From the NCBI GenBank assembly GCA_963808745.1, contig CAWEGX010000003.1, positions 466,197 to 530,196 of the forward strand: a stretch of DNA of 64,000 bases, read 5' to 3'. Positions within the stretch are counted from its first letter, which is position 1. Each line of letters starts with the position of its first letter. Source of the stretch: an uncultured Bacteroidales bacterium (GTDB lineage Bacteria; Bacteroidota; Bacteroidia; Bacteroidales; UBA10428). The notes beneath the pieces were generated by a model. The model ran no database searches. It worked only from the letters and a program-made list of their open reading frames with translations, and was not told the DNA's origin. Below, in pieces: positions 10,101 through 18,733 of the stretch. The translations under genes and the position numbers were made by a program.

Positions 10101-11471
10101 TCACTTTAATGCTTCCAGCACTTCGACGGCAAAATCAGACAATGAGGGGTCACGGGCACCCATTAACAATATAACATCGCCTGGATGAGTCATTTTCCTT
10201 AGCGTTGCGGGCAGTGCCGACCGGTCATTAACCAGCAATGCATTTTTATTGGCTTTTTTAATTGCCTCGATTACAATGTCCGATCCTATATCTTTGTTTA
10301 CTGTTCCCCCGGCGTAATACACATCGGACATAATAAAAAGATCCTCTTCCCGCAAAACTTCCGTTACTCTTTCGGCAAGCTCTTTATGCATAAATCGCAG
10401 GGGTCCGAAACCATGCGGCTGGAACCAGGCGAATACCCTTGTGCTTATTTGCTGGCATGCCTTGATGGCGGCTGCCACTTCTGACGGGTTGTGGGCGAAA
10501 TCATCAATTACGGAAACTCCATCTTTTTGACCTATCCATTGGGTTCTCCTGTAAATCCCCGGATAACTTTCAAGGGCTTTGGCCGAACCGGCTACGTCAA
10601 TTCCGATTGCCCCGGCAACCGCCGTAGCTGCCATTGCATTCTCCATATTATGCCGGCCCAGGACCGGAATCGTAAAAGGAACGCCATTTATAGTAAATCT
10701 GATCTGAAATCCCTGCTGGGCAAAATCCTTTCCCTTGTAACCCACCTCTCCTGTCGTTCCAAAATCATATTTTGAATTCTGTGATAATTTATGGGTCAAT
10801 TCATGGTCATGGTTTACAATAAAGGTTCCATGAGTGTGCTCTTTGAATGTCGAAAACAGCTGCATGAGTTCATCAAACTCCTTATGATCCCTGTCGATGT
10901 TCAACACTACACTGATTTCGGGATAGTAATCCACAATGGAGCCATCTGATTCATCCGACTCAATGACCAGCAAGTTGCTTTTCCCAACCCATGCATTTCC
11001 GGGAAGTCCCTGTTTCTGCAGTGAGGTCAGGCCCGCACCTGTCATCAGCGAGGGGGAAAAACCGTTTTCCTGTAATATGTGAAATATCATGGCCGTGGTC
11101 GTCGATTTCCCCGAAGTACCGCCTACTGCAATAGTTCTTGTTGCGTTCGATACGGCCGCCAGCAATTCGGATCGCTTCATCAGGGGAATTCCCAATTCTA
11201 TTGCTTTACGGTACTCAATGTTATTCTCTTCGATGGCAGTTGAAACAACGACTATATCTGTATCCGGGGTAATTCCCGATCCGTCCTGTGAAAAACACTG
11301 TATGTCCAGGTTTTCAAACTGTTCCTGGATCAGCATTTTGTTACCCGGACAAAAAAGCCTGTCGGAACCTGCCACATGCAAACCGGTTCCCCTCAGGTAC
11401 TGGGCTATGGCGCTCATTCCGGTCCCTGCTATCCCTATAAAGAAAAATTTTTTGTATTTACTGATATCCAT
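10101..11471 (-). CDS. Mur ligase family protein (MurC/Mpl-like UDP-N-acetylmuramate-peptide ligase)
   Basis: 'FFIGIAGTGMSAIAQYLRGTGLHVAGSD' matches a MurC-type N-domain, and 'GGTSGKSTTTAMI' is a P-loop. The gene is not in a dcw cluster, so I cannot decide between MurC and Mpl. Confidence 0.75.
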   Translation of the reverse strand: MDISKYKKFFFIGIAGTGMSAIAQYLRGTGLHVAGSDRLFCPGNKMLIQEQFENLDIQCFSQDGSGITPDTDIVVVSTAIEENNIEYRKAIELGIPLMKRSELLAAVSNATRTIAVGGTSGKSTTTAMIFHILQENGFSPSLMTGAGLTSLQKQGLPGNAWVGKSNLLVIESDESDGSIVDYYPEISVVLNIDRDHKEFDELMQLFSTFKEHTHGTFIVNHDHELTHKLSQNSKYDFGTTGEVGYKGKDFAQQGFQIRFTINGVPFTIPVLGRHNMENAMAATAVAGAIGIDVAGSAKALESYPGIYRRTQWIGQKDGVSVIDDFAHNPSEVAAAIKACQQISTRVFAWFQPHGFGPLRFMHKELAERVTEVLREEDLFIMSDVYYAGGTVNKDIGSDIVIEAIKKANKNALLVNDRSALPATLRKMTHPGDVILLMGARDPSLSDFAVEVLEALK

Positions 11472-11662
11472 CGGCGGGCAAATATATTATGCTAGCCGCA
11501 AAATTAATAATCCCGCAGTATCTGTTTCATTTTATTTTATTCAAATACTTTGTTTGTTTCGATGGCAGGCTGAAACGAGATCCTCACGCCATTGCTCCCG
11601 AAGAGTTATAGCTGCACGATCCGACCCTGCACAATTAGACCATATATGATCAAGATCACCAA

Positions 11663-11866
11663 TCACAACTTCCGTAGCCAAATGTTTCTGAAACTTATGG
11701 GCTCACTTGGATCTCTGTGCATTTCCAATTTCATAGGCAATGCTCCATGAAATGAAACTTCATATATTATGTAATGGGTAATCTTACAAACCATGCTGCA
11801 ATAGAATCCCATAACGGAAAGCTTACCTGAAAGAAAATGAGATAGTGAAATACCATGCCCGTGCAT
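11663..11866 (-). pseudogene. Relic ORF whose last ~30 aa look like a DUF1080 (3-keto-disaccharide hydrolase-like) C-terminus
   Basis: It ends '...HGALPMKLEMHRDPSEPISFRNIWLRKL*', compared with 'IQFESEGSEMYIRNIQITSI' in the DUF1080 gene at 20441..21288. No N-terminal part is present. Confidence 0.3.
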
Positions 11867-12368
11867 GAATTTGCATATTGCGTTTGTTCACCAGTGCTAT
11901 AGTAAACATGGTACCTATAATGACTAAATCTTTTAATTGAAGCCACAAACTTGCACCCAAACCTTCTTTAACCTGACCACCCAGATTTGAATGCTTCAAT
12001 AAAACAACAGAAACAAAGAACAACGGTAAAATGATAAAACTCAATTTTCCGATTCGCCTGTGGACAGAGAATTTCTTATTCCTAATAAGAATGGGTTGCA
12101 GAATCAACAACGCAATCCATGTTGATGCCATTGCAAAATGAAAATGAAAATAAAAACTGAAGTTGGCTGTGCCATCAAAGAATTTTGAAAAGTATGTAGG
12201 CCAAAAACCCAAAAATGCCAGAATGATTAATCCTATGGCGTAATACCCCACTTTATCGAACTTGATTGCCTTAGAATTTTTAGGATAGTCTCTTTCATTT
12301 TTTTCAGGTTTTAATTTTATGAGGCCCACTGGAATCGGTTCTGTGGATAAAAATTCTCTATTTTCCAT
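11823..12368 (-). pseudogene. Truncated paralog of the 2432..3145 membrane protein
   Basis: 'FHFHFAMASTWIALLILQPILIRNKKFSVHRRIGKLSFI' aligns with 'HFHGIMMLVWMTFLIIQPLLIKARLFQIHRFIGKLSLI'. Homology stops after '...NKRNMQIHAR', and the last ~65 aa are missing. Confidence 0.55.
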
Positions 12369-12873
12369 TTTGGTTAGATTAAGGTTTAGAAATAGGACAC
12401 AAAAAAAGAGATTATAGAAATAAATCAGTGTTATATTTTATTTGAATGAATGCAATTGCAGGGCCTGTAAAAGTGAGAATAAGGTACTGGAAGATATTTA
12501 TACCTGGCTGAAGATTAATTAACAACCATTTTTAAAAATGGTTTAAGTATTTGATTGAAAAGTGAATTTTAAGCAATTACCAATGAATTTAATGCTTTAT
12601 TCTCCCTAACAGGTTCATATTCAAAATGTCCAAATGAAATAAATAAAAATTCCCACGGATTTTAGTGGGGATTCATTGTCTGTAACGAGAACATGTGAAA
12701 TATCTAACCGGAAGATTTATCAAGATATATATAAAGTAATTGAATATATGGATATTACAGTAAATTCAGATAATCATTAATAAACTCTGAAGTGTAGATT
12801 AGTATTTTTTTCATAAATATAATCCGCAATGCAATACTCGGCAATTAAATATATTTTCTATTTGAACCTCTTT

Positions 12874-13248
12874 TTAGGAAGCTAATTTATAATCCGTTAT
12901 AAGTAAATCAGTAGAAAGGTTTAGACGCTTTGTTAAATTACGGATCATATCAATGGTTAATTTACGTTTCCGATTAAGAATTTCTGAAACCCTGCTTTTG
13001 CTACCGATGACATCAACCAAATCAATTTGCTTTAGATGTAACTCTTCCATTCTGATCTTAATTGCCTCTATTGGGTCAGGAGCTTCAATTGGATAATGCT
13101 TTTTTTCATATTCATCAATCAATATTCCAAGTATATCCGCTTCGTCACTTTCTAATGTGCCAATAGGTGCGTCAAAGACATCCTCAAGCCTCTTTAAGGC
13201 AAGCTTATAATCAGCTTCGGATTTTATCGGTTTGATATTCATAATCAC
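12874..13248 (-). CDS. higA: Type II antitoxin HigA (XRE-type HTH)
   Basis: 124 aa, lying 4 nt downstream of higB. The C-terminal HTH is 'QIDLVDVIGSKSRVSEILNRKRKLTIDMIRNL'. Confidence 0.8.
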   Translation of the reverse strand: MIMNIKPIKSEADYKLALKRLEDVFDAPIGTLESDEADILGILIDEYEKKHYPIEAPDPIEAIKIRMEELHLKQIDLVDVIGSKSRVSEILNRKRKLTIDMIRNLTKRLNLSTDLLITDYKLAS

Positions 13249-13252
13249 TTAA

Positions 13253-13549
13253 TTAAATCGTGTTTGCATTAATCCTGTCATATTCTTTATGAGATCCAAT
13301 GAATCGAATGAATATCCATTGTTTTTCAAAATTAAATTTAGCGACTAGTCTGTACGAATTGCCTTTAATATTAAAGACAATTCTACTTTCTTTCAGAATA
13401 CTTGCATTTGCATAAGTTAGTTTAACATCCGATGGAGATTTCCAATTGGAAATCATTGCTGTATAATACCATGTTTTCAAATACTGCTCTGAGTCTGGAA
13501 ACTTCTCCCAAAATTCTCTCAATGTGCTTTTTGCAAATATTCTGTCCAT
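13253..13549 (-). CDS. higB: Type II toxin HigB (RelE-like mRNA interferase)
   Basis: 98 aa. 'TLREFWEKFPDSEQYLKTWYYTAMISNWKSPSDVK...VFNIKGNSYRLVAKFNFEKQWIFIRFIGSHKEYDRI' is the characteristic HigB toxin pattern. Confidence 0.85.
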   Translation of the reverse strand: MDRIFAKSTLREFWEKFPDSEQYLKTWYYTAMISNWKSPSDVKLTYANASILKESRIVFNIKGNSYRLVAKFNFEKQWIFIRFIGSHKEYDRINANTI

Positions 13550-13659
13550 TTATCTTGATCCCTAATGCGAATATAATAAAATATTCCCAATATGGGAACT
13601 TTTTCATTGTTCTTTCATTGCATTTTTTCCTTAGTTTGAATCTTTGTATATTACCGATC

Positions 13660-13862
13660 ACCTCCGAGTCAATGATCCTTTTATCGGACTATTTCGTGAA
13701 AAGTCGTGCTCCTAAATTAGCTCCGGTCGTTCCTGGTTCCAATTGAGGATAATTCCGGATGGTAGGGTCTTCTTCTATTTGAAGGGCAGCCGCCTTTTTA
13801 ACAATAACATTTTTGTTTAATTTTTTTTATCGGGATTGGCCTTTTGTCCAAATCCCGCAGCT
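13660..13862 (-). pseudogene. 3'-terminal relic of a third beta-helix paralog, with the same upstream junction as paralog A
   Basis: 'cctccgagtcaatgatcc ttttatcggactatttcgtgaaaagtcgtgctcctaaattagctccggtcgttcctgg...' matches 3580..3720 and 5167..5290. Homology fades after ~200 nt. Confidence 0.75.
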
Positions 13863-14041
13863 TGAGAATGGGTGCTTTTTTCGTGTTTTAATGAATTGGA
13901 ATTCTGGAAGGCTTATGTGGTAAGGCGATCCTTTGGCTATTAATATTTTGAAGTTATATGAAAATTGAAAATGGAGGAATTATTGGTACAAATCGTTTCA
14001 ATGTTTATTTAATCGAAAAGGGCTTTAAAATTGAATGTCAA

Positions 14042-14431
14042 TCAAACTGGAGGTTGTGTGATTATTGTATTCTGATCATGTGTTAAAAGCCATTTCCCAT
14101 TTTGCCTGATAATAATGTAGGTTTTTAATTGTCTTTGGTTCTGGTGTAATGCGCCTTTAGGAAGTTCATAATCATCCATTTTATGAATTACATCGGCAAC
14201 GGCTACATCAGGTGTGATAAATCTTACTGTCATGCTTTCTATTGTCATCGTAACACCTTTTAAGAAGTCCTGATGAACCATTCTAACTTCCTTCAGTACA
14301 TCATTTCGACCTTTTGTAATACCTCCCATTGGATTTAAATGTTCCCAATCGTCTGTGGTATAATTTATGGCATTTTTAAAACTACCGTCATTGAAATCTT
14401 TTTGAAATGTAATGACGACTTCTTTGACCAA
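14042..14431 (-). CDS. SnoaL-like / SgcJ-EcaC family (NTF2-fold) protein, TTG start or 5'-truncated
   Basis: The C-terminal pattern '...YIIIRQNGKWLLTHDQNT' is typical of DUF4440/SgcJ proteins. The only in-frame start is TTG, and there is no ATG after the upstream stop. Confidence 0.5.
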   Translation of the reverse strand: MVKEVVITFQKDFNDGSFKNAINYTTDDWEHLNPMGGITKGRNDVLKEVRMVHQDFLKGVTMTIESMTVRFITPDVAVADVIHKMDDYELPKGALHQNQRQLKTYIIIRQNGKWLLTHDQNTIITQPPV

Positions 14432-14445
14432 TTGTTCATCTTTTT

Positions 14446-14781
14446 GTGTTTGCCCAGCTTCAGACCAATTTCAGGATATTGAACATAGGAGCCCAGCTTG
14501 GTTACCAGTTTGTAATCAACAACCGGTGGGCGATTGACCTGGTAATGATCGGACCTTCTGTTTCAAACTACAGGGCCAGCATGAAATTAAAGGGGGATTT
14601 CACTTTTGACAAAGAGGATGTGGAGAATGAAGTTCTGCTGAAAATGCTGGATCGCTTTCCCATGTTGAATGATATACTGACAAATAAGGAAGTATCTTCA
14701 CAGGGGAAATTCAATACCTGGTCTTACGGTTGGCGCTACCAGATCAATGTCGGGTACCACTTTGGCAGGAAGAAAAAATAG
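14446..14781 (+). pseudogene. Probable 5'-truncated fragment of an outer-membrane beta-barrel-like protein
   Basis: GTG start with no signal peptide. Alternating beta-strand-like segments end 'WRYQINVGYHFGRKKK'. It lies among other relics. Confidence 0.3.
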
Positions 14782-14850
14782 ATCCTGGATTTCAAACCCA
14801 GGCTTGGATATAAAACAGCAATTCCCTTTTTTGTATGTACGAATGTATCT

Positions 14851-14888
14851 ACAAAATAAAAAGCAGTTACGATTTGATTCGTAACTGC
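14851..14888 (-). terminator. Rho-independent terminator of the tRNA gene
   Basis: A 10-bp perfect stem 'gcagttacga / tcgtaactgc' (14863-14888) is followed on the minus strand by 'tttttattttgt'. Confidence 0.6.
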
Positions 14889-14901
14889 CTCATTTTCTTC
14901 G

Positions 14902-14975
14902 TAGCGAGATCGGGAATTGAACCCGAGACCTCATGATTATGAATCATGCGCTCTAACCATCTGAGCTACCTCGCC
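14902..14975 (-). tRNA. tRNA with CAU anticodon (elongator Met; lysidine-modified Ile2 not excluded)
   Basis: The reverse complement 'GGCGAGGTAGCTCAGATGGTTAGAGCGCATGATTCATAATCATGAGGTCTCGGGTTCAATTCCCGATCTCGCTA' folds as a cloverleaf. It has a 7-bp acceptor stem (two G-U pairs), a GCTC/GAGC D-stem, a CATGA/TCATG anticodon stem with loop TTCATAA, and a TCGGG/CCCGA T-stem. CCA is not encoded. Confidence 0.9.
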
Positions 14976-15156
14976 ATCCTGTTTTCTGACCAGTTTTGCA
15001 CCTATGCAGGTGCGGTATGTTGATCAGGGACGCAAAGATATAATTTTTGGGTTAATTAGAAAAAAAAGTTGCAAATGCTGTTCAATTTTATGGCTGAAAT
15101 CAATCATGGATTGTTATTCGATTGTAAATTGGTACCTGTTATTTAAATCTGCCACC

Positions 15157-15393
15157 ATGGAAACAACCAGAGTAGAACAGGAAAAAATCGACCAAATGCT
15201 TTATAATATCAATAATATGAGCGGCGGTCCATATACCGGCGTCAGCTGGCATGCCCTTGAAAAATATAATTTATACGAGGAAGGTTCTCAATTCAAAATG
15301 GTTACCGATGACATGGACCTTACCCAGTTGTATGCCGCTCTTTCAGTGTATTCGAAAAACGCCATGGAATACGCCCAGCAACACCCCGAATAA
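15157..15393 (+). CDS. Hypothetical small protein (78 aa)
   Basis: The internal ATG at 15157 ('METTRVEQEKIDQML...') is preferred over the listed 15004 start, which would begin only ~30 nt from the tRNA. No recognisable family. Confidence 0.4.
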   Translation: METTRVEQEKIDQMLYNINNMSGGPYTGVSWHALEKYNLYEEGSQFKMVTDDMDLTQLYAALSVYSKNAMEYAQQHPE

Positions 15394-15556
15394 AAGGAGC
15401 CTCATCTAATGGATGTTTTTAATTGGTAAACCTGGAGGAAACAGCCCGATTCAGGAATAATGCCTTTCCCTATAATGATGAGGGTTTTTCCTATAAGGAT
15501 GAACTGGCCTTCTTTCCCGGTGACCTGGCCCAGAAAGCGCTGAAGGAAATCTATCG

Positions 15557-15847
15557 GTGAAGGGACTTGATAATGAAAAGATACGGCATGAATGGACGGT
15601 TAAAACCGGGAAAAGGATCTTTCTCCGGTTCCTGTTCGAATTCGGCGAAAAAATAAAAGATCATATCTGCGAATATTACACATCCCATGAAAACGAATCC
15701 AAAGACCTGGTGAAGGAAATTAACAGGATACTCCTTGTGCGGGCAGGACTGTTTACAGAAAGTATATGGATCCCGATTGCAGGTTTTATTGCAGTATTGC
15801 TTGTGAAAAAAGGATTGGATAAGTTTTGTGAGGGGACGATGGTATAA
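15557..15847 (+). CDS. Hypothetical small protein with one C-terminal TM segment (96 aa, GTG start)
   Basis: The GTG overlaps the TGA of a 45-codon upstream ORF (15423..15560) in a GTGA arrangement. 'WIPIAGFIAVLLV' is hydrophobic. Confidence 0.4.
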   Translation: MKGLDNEKIRHEWTVKTGKRIFLRFLFEFGEKIKDHICEYYTSHENESKDLVKEINRILLVRAGLFTESIWIPIAGFIAVLLVKKGLDKFCEGTMV

Positions 15848-15898
15848 GACGCAACGGTTTCATTATATTTAGCATCTATTTAGCACAACCTGCAAATC

Positions 15899-16684
15899 AT
15901 GCATTTGAAATGGATCTTTTTTACATGCTTTCTTAGTTTTTTCTTCTTTTTCACTTTCTCCCAGGAAACACCGGATAATTATGCCGTGTTTGACTGGAGT
16001 TTCGGCTTTTTTAACAGCGAACCCACAGATATCGACCAGATCCGCGGAAGCGTAGCTACTTTTTCTGCTGAAAACTCAAAAAAGGGTCTGACATGCATTT
16101 CCTTCAGGGGTACAACCAGGCTTAAATATTGAAACTCTTCTTTTAAGCCGAAGAATCGGCCTTGGAGCCGGCATACGCTTCTCGCAATATGTGCAGAATA
16201 CCGGCAAATGGGAAATAATCTCGGAAGGATCAAATTATTTTTACTATTTATACGCGCAGGATGAACATAATACCTATTATGCCAGGCTAAAAAGTATCTT
16301 ACAAACTTCCGCCTATCTTGGCGTTCCCTTTGAGTTCAGTTTTTTTCCCCTTGAAAACCACATCTTTACCGGTTTTACGTGAAAATGGGCACTGAAATTG
16401 ATTTCCGGGTAAGCACACATACGAATATCCATTTTATGAACGAGGGTATGCCATCCCTGGAATCCCAGGTGGCTTCACATATTTCCAGTCCCTCCCTGAT
16501 TGGTTTTTCAATCTATAATTGTGTGGGTATAAGGGCAGGCGCTGCTGGAAAACCAACATTCAGCGTTGAACTGCTTATCCCTGTTTTAAACACAAATCCC
16601 GGCTCTTCCGGATTGCTGAAAAACAGGTTTGGCGCCGGTATTCAATTCAATTATCATATGCCTATTAATTCCGGAAACCAATGA
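15899..16684 (+). pseudogene. Signal-peptide-bearing outer-membrane beta-barrel-like protein with two compensating frameshifts
   Basis: Three ORFs (15899..16132, 16191..16382, 16379..16684) occupy reading frames 2, 3 and 2. Their open stretches overlap at 16092-16132 and 16355-16382. The joined protein ends '...GAGIQFNYHMPINSGNQ'. Confidence 0.45.
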
Positions 16685-17270
16685 AAATAATCAATGCGAT
16701 CTGGTTTTTACTGTTTGTTGTCCTATTGGCGGCTGTGTTGGCGATCCCGACCTGCACAGGCCGATTTTTGTCCGTGATAAAAAATACCCTGATCTGCCCC
16801 AGTATTCCGAATGGGGTTATAATACATTTGGCGCCTATTTAAATGATGATGTTTTCGTATCCGGTGATTATCTATGGGAACCTGCCAGTGTAACACCGGC
16901 TGAAACAGCCATGGTACTTTCATTCCATGGAGAAAAAAGAACCAAAGGCAAGGATACTACCGATATGATCATGTACTTTAATATCACCCGTTCTTCACCC
17001 CGGTATGATCAGTTTTTATTCTCCCTGAATGATTCGGTAATAGATTTAGCGGCAACTTCAAACCAGGTTTTGATAATGTCTGACACAACATTGTACCCTG
17101 TTACTATTAATAATGGAGAATTGCATTTTAAGAGAGTGCAGAACCTGGTAGTTGATATGCAACCTATGGAGACTATCTTCTCCGGTACCTTCGAATTTCA
17201 GGGTATAATGAATGGAAATCCGGTAAGCGTTACATTGGGAAGATTTGATGTGGGGGTGGGGTATTATTAG
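16681..17270 (+). CDS. Putative lipoprotein, unknown function, with a frameshift inside the signal peptide (~16727)
   Basis: The ATG at 16681 overlaps the upstream stop (ATGA) and encodes 'MKIINAIWFLLFVVLL'. The long ORF in the adjacent frame continues '..GGCVGDPDLHRPIF', so a 1-nt shift restores a lipobox. Confidence 0.5.
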
Positions 17271-17460
17271 GCTAAAGGCTAAAGGCTGTTAGGCTGAAGA
17301 CTGTCAGGAATGCCTCTTCGTTGCTTGCAGTCGTTAAATCCCGGGTACTATATTCAGAATTCGGCGTTCGGTGTTCTCCCGATAAATCGGGACAGGCTTT
17401 GTTCGATATTATTTGTGATGACACAATAACACTGAACAAGGAACACCGAATTTCGAATTA
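17268..17460. repeat. Intergenic repeat mosaic A
   Basis: 'taggctaaaggctaaaggctgttaggctgaagactg' starts at the TAG stop. It is followed by a 'gcagtcgt' unit, a small hairpin 'cccgataaatcggg' and a long-range inverted repeat 'ttcggtgttc' (17367) / 'gaacaccgaa' (17441). Confidence 0.85.
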
Positions 17461-17470
17461 CGAAGATGGT

Positions 17471-18704
17471 TTACAGAGTAACTACCTTACCCATGAATAG
17501 TATCGTATTCGTGGTGGTTTCGCGGATGGCAAAGATAAAGGGACGATCGACGATGAAGGGAATGAAAACGGGCTCCGGAGGCATGCGAGGTTTCAACAAT
17601 GCCAACAACTGTTACTGCTGCTGCTTCGGTTCCTTCTTCATTTACTTCCACAAAGGAATTATGCTTTACAAAACTGATATACAAGTCAGCCGTCTGGATT
17701 AATGTTGCTGAAATCAGCCGGACCAAACGCTTTCACCATTCCCAATGCCATTAAGATCGTCATTTAATGTCCTTTCATATTCAAATTTGAATTTCGGCAT
17801 GGCCACATGCAACATTTGCCTTTGCGGTATCTGCCAGCCATCCGTTCCATATTTCAGGGGTAAGATCTGTCAGCCAAAGCGGAAACAGAATATCCTTCCT
17901 TCGGCAACAGCACCACCATTGAGAAATTTCCCTGGCCATAAGGCATTTCCAGCAATTGCAGACTGTCATTGGAATAATAATCGAATGTTCCCTCCTGGTG
18001 CATGAACGGGATTGTGCTTTGCCCGGACCTGCAGATTAAACGTCCCCTGCGGTAGTATGATCCTTATCAAAATCATATTTCCACTCTCCTTTGAAATAGA
18101 TCGCGTTGATCAGAAACATGACCATATCGGGGGAAATTTCATCAATTACCTTTTTGATTTTATCATTGGTTTTTGTCAGCCACCCAGCCATTGATTTTAC
18201 TTACTGATGCCGTCATCATTAAAATCCAGTGCCTTAACTTCGGCATTATAATAACTCTGGTTTATGCTGATAAAATCCGGAAGCACAGAAAAATCATCGC
18301 GGTACCAGATTGAATTGGCTATTCCCAGCTTAACGGTCGGATCCAGGTCCAGCAGGGTATTGGTTAATTTCTGGAAATATCCGTTGATCTCGTCAGCAGA
18401 AAGATCGGGGAAACGAAGTGTATTTTGCATTTCTGTTTTTGTATCCCCGTCGGCACCATTATATGTCATGGCCAGTGCCAGCGAAATGCTCAGGGGGGAA
18501 ATGAAAACATTTTTATCCCCGTTTTCAGCTTTGTTGATTGTCCGGAACATATCAAATCCGAAAGCATTATTGGATGATACAAGGGATTTCTGATTTGGCG
18601 GTCAACGACACCTGCACAAGTTCACTGTTTTCGTCTGGCTTGTCTTTTGCACATCCGGCCAGCACCGCCGAAATAAGCAGACATGGAAATAATAAACGGT
18701 TCAT
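17471..18704 (-). pseudogene. Lipoprotein-anchored serpin, broken by at least five frameshifts
   Basis: The pieces lie in different frames. They are 'MNRLLFPCLLISAVLAGC' (lipobox), 'NNAFGFDMFRTINKAENGDKNVFISPLSISLALAMTYNGA', 'TNDKIKKVIDEISPDMVMFLINAIYFKGEWKYDF', the hinge 'FVEVNEEGTEAAAVT', and the C-terminus 'FIVDRPFIFAIRETTTNTILFMGKVVTL*'. Confidence 0.8.
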
Positions 18705-18733
18705 ATGGAGTTTGTTTTCACTAATGATGGGAA

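Noticed and set aside
10101-11471. Assigning the gene symbol murC
   Set aside because: The N-terminal and P-loop motifs fit MurC-type ligases. However, the gene is isolated from any dcw cluster, and Mpl or another Mur-ligase paralog cannot be excluded without a phylogeny. The symbol was left empty.
12369-12873. AT-rich 500-nt spacer as an att site, origin or ncRNA
   Set aside because: I found only a 20-bp palindrome (12524-12543). There is no integrase, no tRNA-derived direct repeat and no DnaA-box-like clustering that I could see. It is mentioned under the island finding.
15004-15156. N-terminal extension of the 15004..15393 ORF
   Set aside because: It would begin only ~30 nt from the tRNA gene in its upstream flank and encodes Cys/Trp-rich low-plausibility sequence. 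The internal ATG at 15157 gives a compact 78-aa product.
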